From contig CAVRXQ010000007.1 of NCBI GenBank assembly GCA_963725215.1, positions 465,294-529,293 of the forward strand: a stretch of DNA of 64,000 nucleotides. Reading direction: 5' to 3'. The DNA comes from an uncultured Acidimicrobiaceae bacterium. Its GTDB lineage: Bacteria; Actinomycetota; Acidimicrobiia; Acidimicrobiales; Bog-793. A program made the translations under genes and the position numbers. The notes beneath the pieces are model-generated. The model did no database searches. It was not told where the DNA came from and saw nothing but the letters and a program-made list of their open reading frames with translations. This document shows positions 10,352 through 20,033 of this stretch, one piece after another (position 1 is the first letter of the stretch; the number at the start of each line of letters is the position of its first letter).

Positions 10352-10672
10352 ATGCCCAAGTACCTGGTTCAGGCGTCGTATGTCGGTGATGGCGTGCAGG
10401 GGCTGCGCAAAGAGGGCGGCTCGGCGCGCCGAGCGGCTGTCGAAAAGGCGTGCGTCAGTGTCGGCGGCACCCTCGAATCTTTCTATTTTGCGTTCGGCGA
10501 GACCGATGTCGTGGCGATTATCGACGTGCCCGACAACATCACTGCCGCTGGCGTCGCCCTCGTGATAGCTGCGAGCGGCAAGGTCAACATCAAGACGACC
10601 GTTCTCCTGAGCCCGGAAGACGTTGACGCAGCTGTGAAGGTTGGCGGCGACTACCGTCCACCGGGAGTATGA
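10352..10672 (+). CDS. GYD-domain protein
   Basis: MPKYLVQASYVGDGVQGLRKEGGSARRAAVEKACVSVGGTLESFYFAFGETDVVAIIDVPDN is the GYD family signature. ATG at 10352 follows a GGGGGA Shine-Dalgarno. The longer tracked ORF (from 10070) is Arg-rich and not protein-like. Confidence 0.8.
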   Translation: MPKYLVQASYVGDGVQGLRKEGGSARRAAVEKACVSVGGTLESFYFAFGETDVVAIIDVPDNITAAGVALVIAASGKVNIKTTVLLSPEDVDAAVKVGGDYRPPGV

Positions 10673-11360
10673 GCATTTAATTCGTTGTAGCACGCGGTGG
10701 TCGTAAGAAGTGGTCTCGGAAGTGATGTCGCTTCGAAGACCGCGACTGAGCAACGCCCGAGTTAGCGCAGTTCATGCCGAGCCTCTCGGTAGGCGCAGTT
10801 GAGCGACAAACACCAGAGCGACCGCGTAAATGGCCAGCGCGCGGCTCAGGCCGAGTATGCGCGGATCGTTGCCACCTCCGTCGCGAACGCTTCGGAGCCT
10901 CCCCGAACCACATCGCTGCGACAGGCGGAGGAAGGTGCTCGCGCGTTCCCGCCAGAAGGTCCTCCGGCATCGCCTCGGTCGCGAGTCCGAAGGGCAGCCA
11001 GATTCTCGTGCCCGAGTACTGGGACAGGGCGTGCCCGGGGAGCGCCGCCCCACTCGGCAGGCGAGACAAGGCCGCAGTGAAGGCTTGTCAATCGCTCGCG
11101 CCTGGCGGAGGGCCGTGAGCAGTTCGCCGTTGTAGCGAAATCCACCCGGACAGGCAAGCTGTGAAGTGAAGACGTTACGCCGCACGCGTCCCATCTAACA
11201 GTGATGGAGTCCCTTTGGGGCCATAATGCGCGCCGAGATAGGTCCTCGCGACTGACCCCGACCGCTGCCGGCTGAGTGCGAAGCAGTTCGGCACTTTCGC
11301 TATCGGACTGCGGTTGCTTCCTGCGGCATTGTTAAAGCACTGCTAATTGTCACATGCACG

Positions 11361-11606
11361 TTGGGCTGCGATGATCCGCAGGTGAGAGAACGGCTGGAAA
11401 GCTACACGGCGTACAGCGTCGGCTGCGCGATCGTCTGGGCCGTCATCTTGGCGGCCCTTGCGGCAACGGGCAAGAGGGAGAAGTTGCGCACCGTCTTGCC
11501 TGTTTCCGCGGGCTGGTGGATGGGTTGGACTTCGGCGACGATCGCTCGTTATGGCTACCCGCCACCGGTGTCTCGACCCCCGTGGGCACGCAATCGTCAG
11601 GGCTAG
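11361..11606 (+). CDS. hypothetical small membrane protein (two predicted helices)
   Basis: 81-aa ORF with G/C-rich third positions and two hydrophobic segments. Ends 12 nt before the next gene. TTG start, no clear Shine-Dalgarno. Confidence 0.4.
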   Translation: MGCDDPQVRERLESYTAYSVGCAIVWAVILAALAATGKREKLRTVLPVSAGWWMGWTSATIARYGYPPPVSRPPWARNRQG

Positions 11607-11618
11607 GAACTTCGCGCC

Positions 11619-12212
11619 GTGACGTCGACGTGGCACCCCAACGACTGGCCACCTGAGGAGTTGGCTGCCGGCTCGATCACTCTTGTTCGTTACCGAGGCG
11701 AAGAGGCGGAGGATCTTCGCCTGGCGGTCAATGAGAGTCTCGACCACCTGCGCCCGTGGATGCCGTGGGCTGCGGAGCCAACCGAGCAAGACCAAGCCGA
11801 CTTCGTTCGTCGCGCGTCCGAGCAATGGGACAAGGGGGAGAGCTTCAGCTACTGGATACGAGAAGAAGAGAACGGACAACTGGTCGGAGCGGTCGGACTC
11901 CACCCGAGGGTTGGACCGGGAGCGATCGAGATCGGCTACTGGGTACACGTCGGGCGCGTGGGTCGCGGATACGCCACCGCGGCGGCCGAGGCACTCACAA
12001 CTGCCGCCTTTGAAATGTCAGGGGTCAGGCGCGTCGAGATTCACTGCGACGAAGCCAACGTCGCCAGTGCGGCGATTCCTCGTCGCCTCGGTTTCCACCT
12101 CGATCGTGTTGTCGAAGACGAGATCGAGGCACCGGGCGAGACGGGCCGCGGCATGGTGTGGGTTGTGGACGCCGACAGTTGGAGAGCGCGCTGCGCTGCG
12201 ACTGCAGAGTGA
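11619..12212 (+). CDS. GNAT N-acetyltransferase (RimJ/RimL-like)
   Basis: 197 aa. GAVGLH...IEIGYWVHVGRVGRGYATAAAEAL...RVEIHCDEANVASAAIPRRLGF is the GNAT acetyl-CoA-binding core. Confidence 0.8.
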   Translation: MTSTWHPNDWPPEELAAGSITLVRYRGEEAEDLRLAVNESLDHLRPWMPWAAEPTEQDQADFVRRASEQWDKGESFSYWIREEENGQLVGAVGLHPRVGPGAIEIGYWVHVGRVGRGYATAAAEALTTAAFEMSGVRRVEIHCDEANVASAAIPRRLGFHLDRVVEDEIEAPGETGRGMVWVVDADSWRARCAATAE

Positions 12213-12409
12213 GATCCGCCAACGGAAATGTTGCGCCGCGCGCCGGCGCGACTACCCGGGAATCGAGTTCTGTCTCCAAAACGCGAGCTCTGCGGAACTC
12301 GTTCGCCCACTTCGTGAACACCGCGTCGACGTCATTCTCAGAGCGGTACCTGAGGAGTCAGCGTCGGACTTTAATTCGATCCCGCTCGCATGCTCGTTAG
12401 CGTCGAACC

Positions 12410-13210
12410 GTGAAAGTGCACGCTGACCTTCTCGAAGCCTATGACAATCAAGTTCGAGCGGCGGAGGCGAGCCACCTCGCGCCCGGTGTCTATGCCGAGG
12501 CGGACGGGCCAATCGTGCGGATCGTGGGCCAACACCAAGGTTTCATTAGCGCTCCCGTCGAACTCGGGATCGAAGGCGACGCCTTATCAGCGCTTATCGC
12601 TCGCCAACGCGACTTCTTCGCTGAACGAGGCGAAGGTGTCGAGTGGAAGACCCGAGGCCACGACCGTCCTGCCGAGGTGTTCGAGCAGCTGCGAGCGGCG
12701 GGCTTCACGCCGGAGGATCAAGAGACCGTCATGATCGGCCGCGTCGCCGAGCTGGCGGGCATGCCATCGCCATTGCCGCAAGGGGTGACGATACGACGCA
12801 CGACGAAAGAGTCCGACTTGCAGGCCGTCGCCGCGATGGAGTCCGAAGTCTGGGGAGACGACCTCTCTTGGATGGCTAACGATCTCATCGGTCGGGTCGG
12901 TCTCGGACCCGACGCGATAGCCGTGTTCGTCGCGGAGGCCGTCGGTCAGGTCGTCTCTGGCGCTTGGCTGGTCTCCAACCCGCCGACCGAGTTCGCCGGG
13001 CTCTGGGGTGGTTCCACCCGCGCCAACTGGCGAGGGCGCGGCATCTACCGCGCCTTAGTCAGAGAGCGCGCCCAACTCGCAGCTTCTTGGGGGGCGACTT
13101 ACTTGCAGGTGGACGCTTCGGACAACAGTCGTCCGATCCTCGAACGTCTGGGTTTCATCGCTGTCACCACGACTACCCCTTACGTGTGGAAACCGGGAAT
13201 GGGCCTCTAA
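12410..13210 (+). CDS. GNAT-family acetyltransferase
   Basis: 266 aa. The C-terminal half carries the GNAT core (WGGSTRANWRGRGIYRALVRERAQLAASWGATYLQVDASDNSRPILERLGF). Confidence 0.7.
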   Translation: MKVHADLLEAYDNQVRAAEASHLAPGVYAEADGPIVRIVGQHQGFISAPVELGIEGDALSALIARQRDFFAERGEGVEWKTRGHDRPAEVFEQLRAAGFTPEDQETVMIGRVAELAGMPSPLPQGVTIRRTTKESDLQAVAAMESEVWGDDLSWMANDLIGRVGLGPDAIAVFVAEAVGQVVSGAWLVSNPPTEFAGLWGGSTRANWRGRGIYRALVRERAQLAASWGATYLQVDASDNSRPILERLGFIAVTTTTPYVWKPGMGL

Positions 13211-13558
13211 GAGCCTCGCCCTACATGCGTCACGCACGGTGGCTCAAGCCCTCGCTTGGATTGGGCCCCGGGCACAACGCGGCATATCGACGTTTCGAGG
13301 ACACGAGGCGCGTCCCACAAGGCGCGCCATAGACGTTGGTGAGCGAGTCACTGAACGCCGGGCGGGGCGACGCTCATCCAGGACTCACCACAGACCATGC
13401 AGTTTGTGGTGCTGTGTTACAGGAGAGGACCCGGCCGACGGCGAAGAGTCATCGATTCGTGCTGTTTTCCTCTCGCCGGTTGATGTACTCCTACGGGTGC
13501 CGCTCATTGTGGCCAAATGAATCCGAGTCGGCTTCACCCCGAGAGAGGAGCTGATCCC

Positions 13559-14392
13559 ATGCCCTACGTCACCGTCGGCAACGAGAACTCGAACCCAATC
13601 GAGCTTTATTACGAAGATCATGGATCAGGCCAGCCAGTCGTTTTGATCCACGGCTACCCCCTCGACGGCCACTCATGGGAAAAGCAGCTCCCAGGGCTTC
13701 TCGCAGCAGGAAAACGTGTCATCACCTACGACCGGCGCGGGTTCGGGCAGTCGAGCCAGCCGACCGTCGGCTACGACTACGACACCTTCGCCGCCGACTT
13801 GAAAGTGCTCGTCGACACGCTCGACCTACGCGACGCGGTCCTCGGCGGGTTCTCGATGGGGACAGGCGAGGTGACCCGTTACCTCGGAACTTACGGATCG
13901 GATCGGGTGGGAAAGGCCGCGCTCTTCGGGCCGATCCCGCCGTTCTTGCTCCAGACAGACGACAACCCGAAAGGAGTGCCGAAGAGCGTCTTTGAGGGGT
14001 TCGAAGAGATGATCAAGAAGGACCGCTACGCGTGGTTCAAGTTCTTCTTCGACAACTTCTACAACGTCGACAAGTTCCACGGCACTCGCATCAGCGACGA
14101 GGCGTGGAACGCGAGCTTCCAGGTGGCAGCCGGAGCGGCCGCCTACGCGACCCTCGCCTGCGTGCCGACCTGGGGAACGGACTTTCGCGACGACCTCCCG
14201 AAGATCGACGTCCCAATGCTCGTCGTCCAGGGCACCGAGGACCGCATCTTGCCGATCGAGGCCACCGGTCGGCGCCTTCCCGACCTCGTGAAAGACATCC
14301 GGTTCATCGAGGTAGTGGGCGGACCGCACAACATCGGTTGGACGCATCCCGACGAGGTGAACAAGGCCTTCCTCGACTTCCTCTCGGGATGA
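13559..14392 (+). CDS. alpha/beta hydrolase, cofactor-free (non-haem) chloroperoxidase/arylesterase type
   Basis: MPYVTVGNENSNPIELYYEDHGSGQPVVLIHGYPLDGHSWEKQ, nucleophile elbow GFSMGTG, C-terminal GGPHNIGWTHPDEVN. ATG at 13559 is preceded by GAGAGGAG. Confidence 0.85.
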   Translation: MPYVTVGNENSNPIELYYEDHGSGQPVVLIHGYPLDGHSWEKQLPGLLAAGKRVITYDRRGFGQSSQPTVGYDYDTFAADLKVLVDTLDLRDAVLGGFSMGTGEVTRYLGTYGSDRVGKAALFGPIPPFLLQTDDNPKGVPKSVFEGFEEMIKKDRYAWFKFFFDNFYNVDKFHGTRISDEAWNASFQVAAGAAAYATLACVPTWGTDFRDDLPKIDVPMLVVQGTEDRILPIEATGRRLPDLVKDIRFIEVVGGPHNIGWTHPDEVNKAFLDFLSG

Positions 14393-14481
14393 ACCGTGAC
14401 CGCCCAGCGGCGGTCTAAGAGGCGCCGCTGCCCTCGGCGCTGCGCCTCGCCCCGTTGGCCGTTATGTGCATAATCGAGCTG

Positions 14482-14876
14482 ATGCCGGCTCCTGAAATAA
14501 GGGGCTTTCGCACATCTCGCTCTCGGTCACTGACCTTGAGAGAAGCCTTCGGTTCTACCGAGACTTACTCGGTCTCTCGGTGCTCGCGGAACCCTACGAT
14601 GGGGCCGTCTTCGAGGGTCGCCAGGCCATCCTTCTTGCAGTACGGACGGGCCCTAGTCTCCAGCTGCATCAGGGAAACTCAGGCGCGGACTTTGACCCGT
14701 TGCGTGCGGATCTCGACCACATTTCTTTTTGGGTTGCGTCGTTGGATGACTTGTGGGCGTTCGCGGACCATCTCACCGCTGCAGGCCATCCACGCTCAGG
14801 GGTAAAACCCCCGCCGGCTTCGGTCACTTCATCGAGACGCGCGACCCCGATGGTCCTGCGCTTCCAACATGACTGA
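14482..14876 (+). pseudogene. VOC/glyoxalase-family gene broken by about three frame changes
   Basis: VOC-like sequence is spread over three frames. MPAPEIRG is in frame 1. LSHISLSVTDLERSLRFYRDLLGLSVLAEPYDG...FWVASLDDLWAFADHLTAAGHPRSGVKPPP is in frame 2. GFGHFIETRDPDG is in frame 3, and the tail returns to frame 2. Shifts lie near 14500, 14815 and 14853. Confidence 0.6.
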
Positions 14877-14945
14877 GGAGGGCGCCAGCAACCGCCGGGT
14901 TGGGTCGCCGTTCGGCACCTCTAGCGTGCCCTACGCCACACCCAT

Positions 14946-15671
14946 CTAGTCGCCCCACTGGATCACGACGCCGTCTCGACGCATCGTAAAGGTGAAGCCA
15001 AAGATGGAGCACGCGATTGCTCCGGCGGTAAGTGCCCAGGAAATACCTGTTCGTTCGAGAACAAACGCTTGAAGGGAAGACGTCAGAAGTACCCACAGCA
15101 CAAGGCCAGCGTTTGTCATGAGGACGGCTGCCCACAGCAGTGACACTCGAACGAAGAATTGCTGGACCCTGGGTCGGGCGAGCAGTTCTGGATCAAGCGG
15201 ACAAAAATCGTGCGCAAACCGTTGTGTGAACGGTCGACGCACGATTGCCGATCCGATAAGCACCAAGGAGACAAGGACTCCCCAAGCCATCGGTTGAATG
15301 AAGTACAGCAGTGCGCTGCGGGTAATGAACGCGATCACGGTTCGGGCGGTCAATAGCGCGACGTCGAGAATCAACAAGGTCGAGATTCGATCCCCCCTCT
15401 TGATCCTGCGAGCGAGTGCGAGGGTTGACCATCCGAGCGCTGCTAGGAGTGCCGCTCGAAAGCCGGCGGTCATCAGTGCAAGGTAGAAGATGATGACAGG
15501 GGCGATGACTGCCTCGAAGACCACAGGCAACGCGTGGCGAAACGCAGCGCGCGGCGATGGCATATGGAGAACAGGAGGGTTCCCGTCCGACGGAGCTAGG
15601 CGCATCGTCGGTAGTCCCGGACGCGCCCGAGACATCGGGCTGTTTGCTTGGCCGGAGCCGGATATTGCCAC
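14946..15671 (-). CDS. polytopic membrane protein (VC0807/DUF3159-like; family assignment tentative)
   Basis: 241-aa ORF with 5-6 hydrophobic helices and G/C-rich third positions. The start may be an internal Met. Confidence 0.6.
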   Translation of the reverse strand: MAISGSGQANSPMSRARPGLPTMRLAPSDGNPPVLHMPSPRAAFRHALPVVFEAVIAPVIIFYLALMTAGFRAALLAALGWSTLALARRIKRGDRISTLLILDVALLTARTVIAFITRSALLYFIQPMAWGVLVSLVLIGSAIVRRPFTQRFAHDFCPLDPELLARPRVQQFFVRVSLLWAAVLMTNAGLVLWVLLTSSLQAFVLERTGISWALTAGAIACSIFGFTFTMRRDGVVIQWGD

Positions 15672-16033
15672 AGGTGCGACCTTCCATCGTCATACATCTT
15701 GACGACTTCCGGCCGCCCGAAGTTGAGCGTACCTCGGATCGCGGTGCTTTCTCGCGGGCTCGGAGACGCATTAGGCGAACCTCGGCTGCCTCACACCCCG
15801 TTTAAATGCCCCACGTCGGCGACGATGACTTCGCCGAAAAGCCCCTGGAAGTGCCCCAGAAATGCTCTGAACTTGGGGTCAACAGTCTGTCCCGACCGGG
15901 CCGTAAGAGCGCGACAACGAACGGGGTCGCGCTCAGGGGCACTTGTCGAGGGCGCGGATCGTCGGATGCGGCGCTCTCGTAACCGCCGTGCAACCATCCT
16001 TGGCGTAAGAAAAAAAAGACGGGCAGCAAGGGG

Positions 16034-16672
16034 ATGTCGATTCCGATCAACCGAAGACATACGGCGCGAACCGCTTCCACTGCGCTCGCACTCGGGACGG
16101 TGGCGCTGATTTTCGCCGCCTGTAGCGGCTCGGCCGGCCCGGGGGTGGCGAGCCTTGGGCACCACTCGAGTCATTCGAGCCCGACCGGAAAGGTGACGTC
16201 GCCGCAAAAGTCATCACCGAACAACAACAGCGCCGGCGCTTCGGGGAGCACGATCGGCATGGGAGGGGTGACGTTGAAGTTCGCCGTCTGCATGCGTGCC
16301 CACGGCATGCCGAACTTCCCCGACCCGAATAGTCAGGGCGAGGTCAGCCTCAGCAACGTCAACCCGAACTCGACTATCTACACCGACGCGCAGAAGGCCT
16401 GCGTGAAGTACACAGGAGCGAGGGGGAAGCCGCCGTCCTCGGCGCAGCAGCAGCGGTTTCTCGCGCGCGCCGTCAAGTTTGCGCAGTGCATGCGTAGCCA
16501 CGGCATCACGGACTATCCGGATCCGACGGTCGGCGCCAACGGCGCGATCAGTACATCGATCCGCGCAGGTCAGGGAAGCAACCTGAACCCGAACAACCCG
16601 CAGTTCCAGAAGGCGCAGAAGGCGTGCGGAATTGGCGGGAAGGGGGGCAGCGGTGTCGGCCTCACGCCATGA
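16034..16672 (+). CDS. lipoprotein with an internally duplicated Cys motif
   Basis: Signal peptide plus lipobox-like LIFAAC. Two copies of KFAxCMRxHGxxxxPDP...QKAC. AAGGGGA Shine-Dalgarno before the ATG. Confidence 0.75.
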   Translation: MSIPINRRHTARTASTALALGTVALIFAACSGSAGPGVASLGHHSSHSSPTGKVTSPQKSSPNNNSAGASGSTIGMGGVTLKFAVCMRAHGMPNFPDPNSQGEVSLSNVNPNSTIYTDAQKACVKYTGARGKPPSSAQQQRFLARAVKFAQCMRSHGITDYPDPTVGANGAISTSIRAGQGSNLNPNNPQFQKAQKACGIGGKGGSGVGLTP

Positions 16673-16935
16673 GCCGTGCCGGGTCCCGTAGCGCACGACT
16701 GTCCTCTTAGCGCGCGCTCGCTGTGCCCGCGCCTCAAGCCGGCACTGTTGTCTACGAGCAGATCTTTCGGTTCGGCGGTTTCGCTCGGCTTCCACCTGAC
16801 TCGGATCCACAGCGCGTAACGACGGATCGGGAACCCAACGCGCGTCCCCTAATGCGCGTCGAGACAGGTCGTCGCGACTGACCTCGACCGCCGGATCTGC
16901 AACAGTCCTCACCCTCTCACTTTTCCGCGAACGGG

Positions 16936-17307
16936 CTACTCCGGCAGGTGACAGACCGCCTCGACGTTGTTGCCATCAGGGTCACGAACGAAAGCGCCGT
17001 AGTAGTTGGGGTGGTACTCCGGCCATAACCGGGGCTCGTTGAGCGTGCTCGCTCCCATTCGGATCGCTGCGTCGAAGAATGCACGTACGGCAGCCCGATC
17101 GGGCGCGACAAATGCAATGTGGCACTCTCGAAACCCTTCGCCCGTCGCCCGAGGTCCGATCCAGAACTCCGGCTTCGTCGCGACGCCGAAGCCGATGACC
17201 TTTCCGAAGTCCATCACTCGTTCACCGCCGAGCGGAGCGAGGACGGCGTCGTAGAAAGCCGCGCTCGATGCAGGATCGGCGCACTGGATCGAGAGGTGGT
17301 CGAGCAT
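16936..17307 (-). CDS. VOC/glyoxalase-family protein
   Basis: 123 aa. MLDHLSIQCAD...FYDAVLAPLG and YYGAFVRDPDGNNVEAVC are VOC signatures. Confidence 0.8.
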   Translation of the reverse strand: MLDHLSIQCADPASSAAFYDAVLAPLGGERVMDFGKVIGFGVATKPEFWIGPRATGEGFRECHIAFVAPDRAAVRAFFDAAIRMGASTLNEPRLWPEYHPNYYGAFVRDPDGNNVEAVCHLPE

Positions 17308-17449
17308 GGTGCCATCCTTGCCTAGCTGAGCGGCGTCCCCAAATGTTCAGCGAGGTCTCGCATCGCATGCCCCCAACAATGGAGTGAGGAGATACGCAGT
17401 CGGTACCCGCCGCTTGTTTCGTCGACGCGATTAACAGCCTTGCTGATCC

Positions 17450-17968
17450 TTAGCTCCCAACAACCTCTCGAGCTTCGTGAGCTTCCTTGTACTTGCGATG
17501 CAGCTCAAGGATGTACTCATGCGAAGCGCCAGCGGTCGGCACATTCGGATGGTGGTGTCGGCACAAAATAAACGGAGTTCCTTCTAAGGGGTGATGGCCA
17601 ATCCTCCAGCACCCCTTTGTGTGGCAATTGACCTTACGGACACCGGTATATACCCCGATGCCGACCGCGCTGATGAGCGTCGCCTCGCCAATGTCCGAAC
17701 CGAAACCGGACCAGAAGTTGTAGTAGAGGTCCGGCCCTCCGTGCAGTAAGCCGGTATGAAGCGCCAGCCAATGGCGCACGACATCGAAGAATGCTATGAG
17801 AAAGGCAACTCCCACCACGAGCACGAGGAGGAAAAGGCCAACACCTAGCCTCCTCGAGTGGCCGTCCCTCACGATTTCGGAGTCGACTGCCATCCCGTCG
17901 CCAGGAAACGAAGTTGAGGCAGACGTGGTCTTTTCGGTCTCACCACGGGGATCGGACACCGTCCACAC
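17450..17968 (-). CDS. hypothetical membrane protein with a C-terminal Cys/His cluster
   Basis: 172-aa ORF in the AT-richer stretch. Two hydrophobic helices, then CHTKGCWRIGHHPLEGTPFILCRHHHP. No family recognised. GTG start at 17968; an alternative ATG lies at 17893. Confidence 0.55.
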   Translation of the reverse strand: MWTVSDPRGETEKTTSASTSFPGDGMAVDSEIVRDGHSRRLGVGLFLLVLVVGVAFLIAFFDVVRHWLALHTGLLHGGPDLYYNFWSGFGSDIGEATLISAVGIGVYTGVRKVNCHTKGCWRIGHHPLEGTPFILCRHHHPNVPTAGASHEYILELHRKYKEAHEAREVVGS

Positions 17969-18175
17969 AGTTTATGGGGATGGAAGATCGTCGAATATCA
18001 TCCCGAGCCCCTGCGCGCCCGAACTCTTCATATGGCTGTAGCCCTCACGCCCTATGACGGCCAGAACTGCGCGCCCAGCGAGCGTCCTCAAAGCCGAGGC
18101 GGGTTACCTGCATCCGTTGCCGATTCGGCTGCGGGCACGCGATGCTGAGATCCCAAACGGGAGAGGAGCGGTGAC

Positions 18176-18457
18176 ATGGCGATGGGCTTGTATTTCCGAC
18201 CGTCCGGGTTCACTCCGGCCGTTTACGACGCCACGATCAAACAGCTGGAAGAAGCGGGAGCGGGATTCGGCTCGGTGCCCGGGCGCACATTTCACTGCGC
18301 GATGGAGGTCGACGGAGCGATCCACGTTTTTGATGTGTGGGACTCGATGGAGCAATTCGAGAAGTTTGGGGAGACGCTCGTTCCGATCATGACCAGCGCC
18401 GGCGTCGACCCTGGCCAGCCTCAGGTCTCGAAGATCCATAACGTCAAGAACGGCTAG
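18176..18457 (+). CDS. hypothetical small protein (possibly ABM/dimeric alpha-beta-barrel-like)
   Basis: 93-aa ORF with a strong Shine-Dalgarno (GGAGAGGAG) 6 nt upstream of the ATG and a protein-like composition. Confidence 0.6.
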   Translation: MAMGLYFRPSGFTPAVYDATIKQLEEAGAGFGSVPGRTFHCAMEVDGAIHVFDVWDSMEQFEKFGETLVPIMTSAGVDPGQPQVSKIHNVKNG

Positions 18458-19057
18458 TTCGCCGGTGCTCGAGCTTCGCAACTAAGGATTACAGCTCGCT
18501 GAAACGAGTGTCCATCAACGACGGCACGTTGGATCACCGCGTTCGCGCTAGGCGTCCGGTACCGGACCTTTTCGTGAGTCGCCTCACACGTAATTGCCGC
18601 GCATTGTGAAAGCGAATAACGCCGAATCGGCGTGCCGTGCGAATGCCTCCACCGGCGTCGTGCGCTCGCCGACGTCGGTGGAGGAGTCTCCGAGATCGAA
18701 GTCCCGAACGGTAGGTGACACGTTCGAGGCGACGAGTCGGCAGCACATGTAGCGGCGCACCTTCACGCGCGGAGCCACGGAAACGAAGCTCCGATTGCTG
18801 TGCTCAGGGTCAGCTTTAGCGTGGAATCACGCGTACTGGCGTCGCGGCCACCAGTACGCGGCCCGCACAGCGCCAGCGACGCCGCGAGGAAGATCCCCAT
18901 CTAGGCCCACTGGAACGCGCCGAAAATCCGTCGCCGGGGCCCTCGCTCAATCCCAACTCGCCGCAGTTGAAAGCTGCGCAGAGCGCTTGTAAGTCGATCT
19001 CGCCATTCGGACACTGAGCGCGAGCAATGTGGTCCAAAGCTGGACACACTGAGGTCG

Positions 19058-19816
19058 TTAGCGCGTCGACGTTTGATCAACTGGTTTTGATTGCCCGCTG
19101 GAATTCTCTCCTTCGACAAATCTGGCAATTGATTTGATGCTCGACATAATTTCTGCGGGGAAAACAATCGTTGAATTGTGATCCGTAGCAATCTCGGCGA
19201 GAACTTGAAGGTTGCGTAATTGGAGTGCAATCGGATTTGCGGCGATGATTTGCGCGGCTTCGGCGAGTTTTCCCACGCTGAGAGCTTCGCCCTCTGCGTC
19301 AATGATGCGCGCTCGCTTTTCTCGCTCGGCTTCTGCTTGTCGTGCCATCGCGCGTTGCATGGATTCTGGTAGTTCGATGTCCTTTAGCTCGATTCGCTGA
19401 ACTAGGACACCCCAATTGGCAGCGGTATGTTCCAGAATTGCCAGGATCTTGGTGTTGATGTCGGTGGTGTTCGTCAGCACTTCGTCGAGGTGATGTTGGC
19501 CCACCACGTTGCGAACGGTGGTCTGGGCAATTTGGTAGATCGCGGACTCAACGTCCTGTATCTCAATGAGCGACTTCACCGCGTCCACGCGTCGGTAATA
19601 GGCGACGGCAGCAACTCCAATCGACACATTGTCTCTGGTTATGACTTGCTGTGACTCCACAGGAAGGGTGAACGTGCGTAGATCGACTAGGCGGACCGAG
19701 TCGAACAGAGGGACAACGAAGGCGAGTCCTGGAGGCTTGGTCCCGCGAAGCTTGCCGAGCCGGAATACGACGCCTTGCTGGTACTGGCGAACAATCCTTA
19801 CGCCGATTGATGGCAT
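19058..19816 (-). CDS. SPFH/band-7 (stomatin-like) protein lacking the usual N-terminal membrane hairpin
   Basis: IVRQYQQGVVFRLGKLRGTKPPGLAFVVPLFD...ITRDNV...ELPESMQRAMARQAEAEREKRARIIDAEGE is the canonical SPFH core plus coiled coil. Confidence 0.85.
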   Translation of the reverse strand: MPSIGVRIVRQYQQGVVFRLGKLRGTKPPGLAFVVPLFDSVRLVDLRTFTLPVESQQVITRDNVSIGVAAVAYYRRVDAVKSLIEIQDVESAIYQIAQTTVRNVVGQHHLDEVLTNTTDINTKILAILEHTAANWGVLVQRIELKDIELPESMQRAMARQAEAEREKRARIIDAEGEALSVGKLAEAAQIIAANPIALQLRNLQVLAEIATDHNSTIVFPAEIMSSIKSIARFVEGENSSGQSKPVDQTSTR

Positions 19817-20033
19817 GTGGACTCCGTGGCTTTCGTGTAGATAAGGACAGCGTTGCGGACCTGGACCTCTAGGACATGCATAGGTGATCTCCTCCCTGTT
19901 ACGTTCGAACTCGTAGAGGCGGCTACTTCCCTCTCATCCTCACCTCTTCGTATTTTGATTTCTCCTGGCGCTCCGCATTCGATCGAGAATGTCAGCGAAG
20001 AGCCACTGATCTACGTGTCCGCGACCGGCGCTA

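Noticed and set aside
18584-18778. 64-aa minus-strand ORF with G/C-rich third positions
   Set aside because: The codon pattern is coding-like, but there is no motif, no Shine-Dalgarno and no family recognised. It could be a gene fragment, and the evidence is too weak to annotate.
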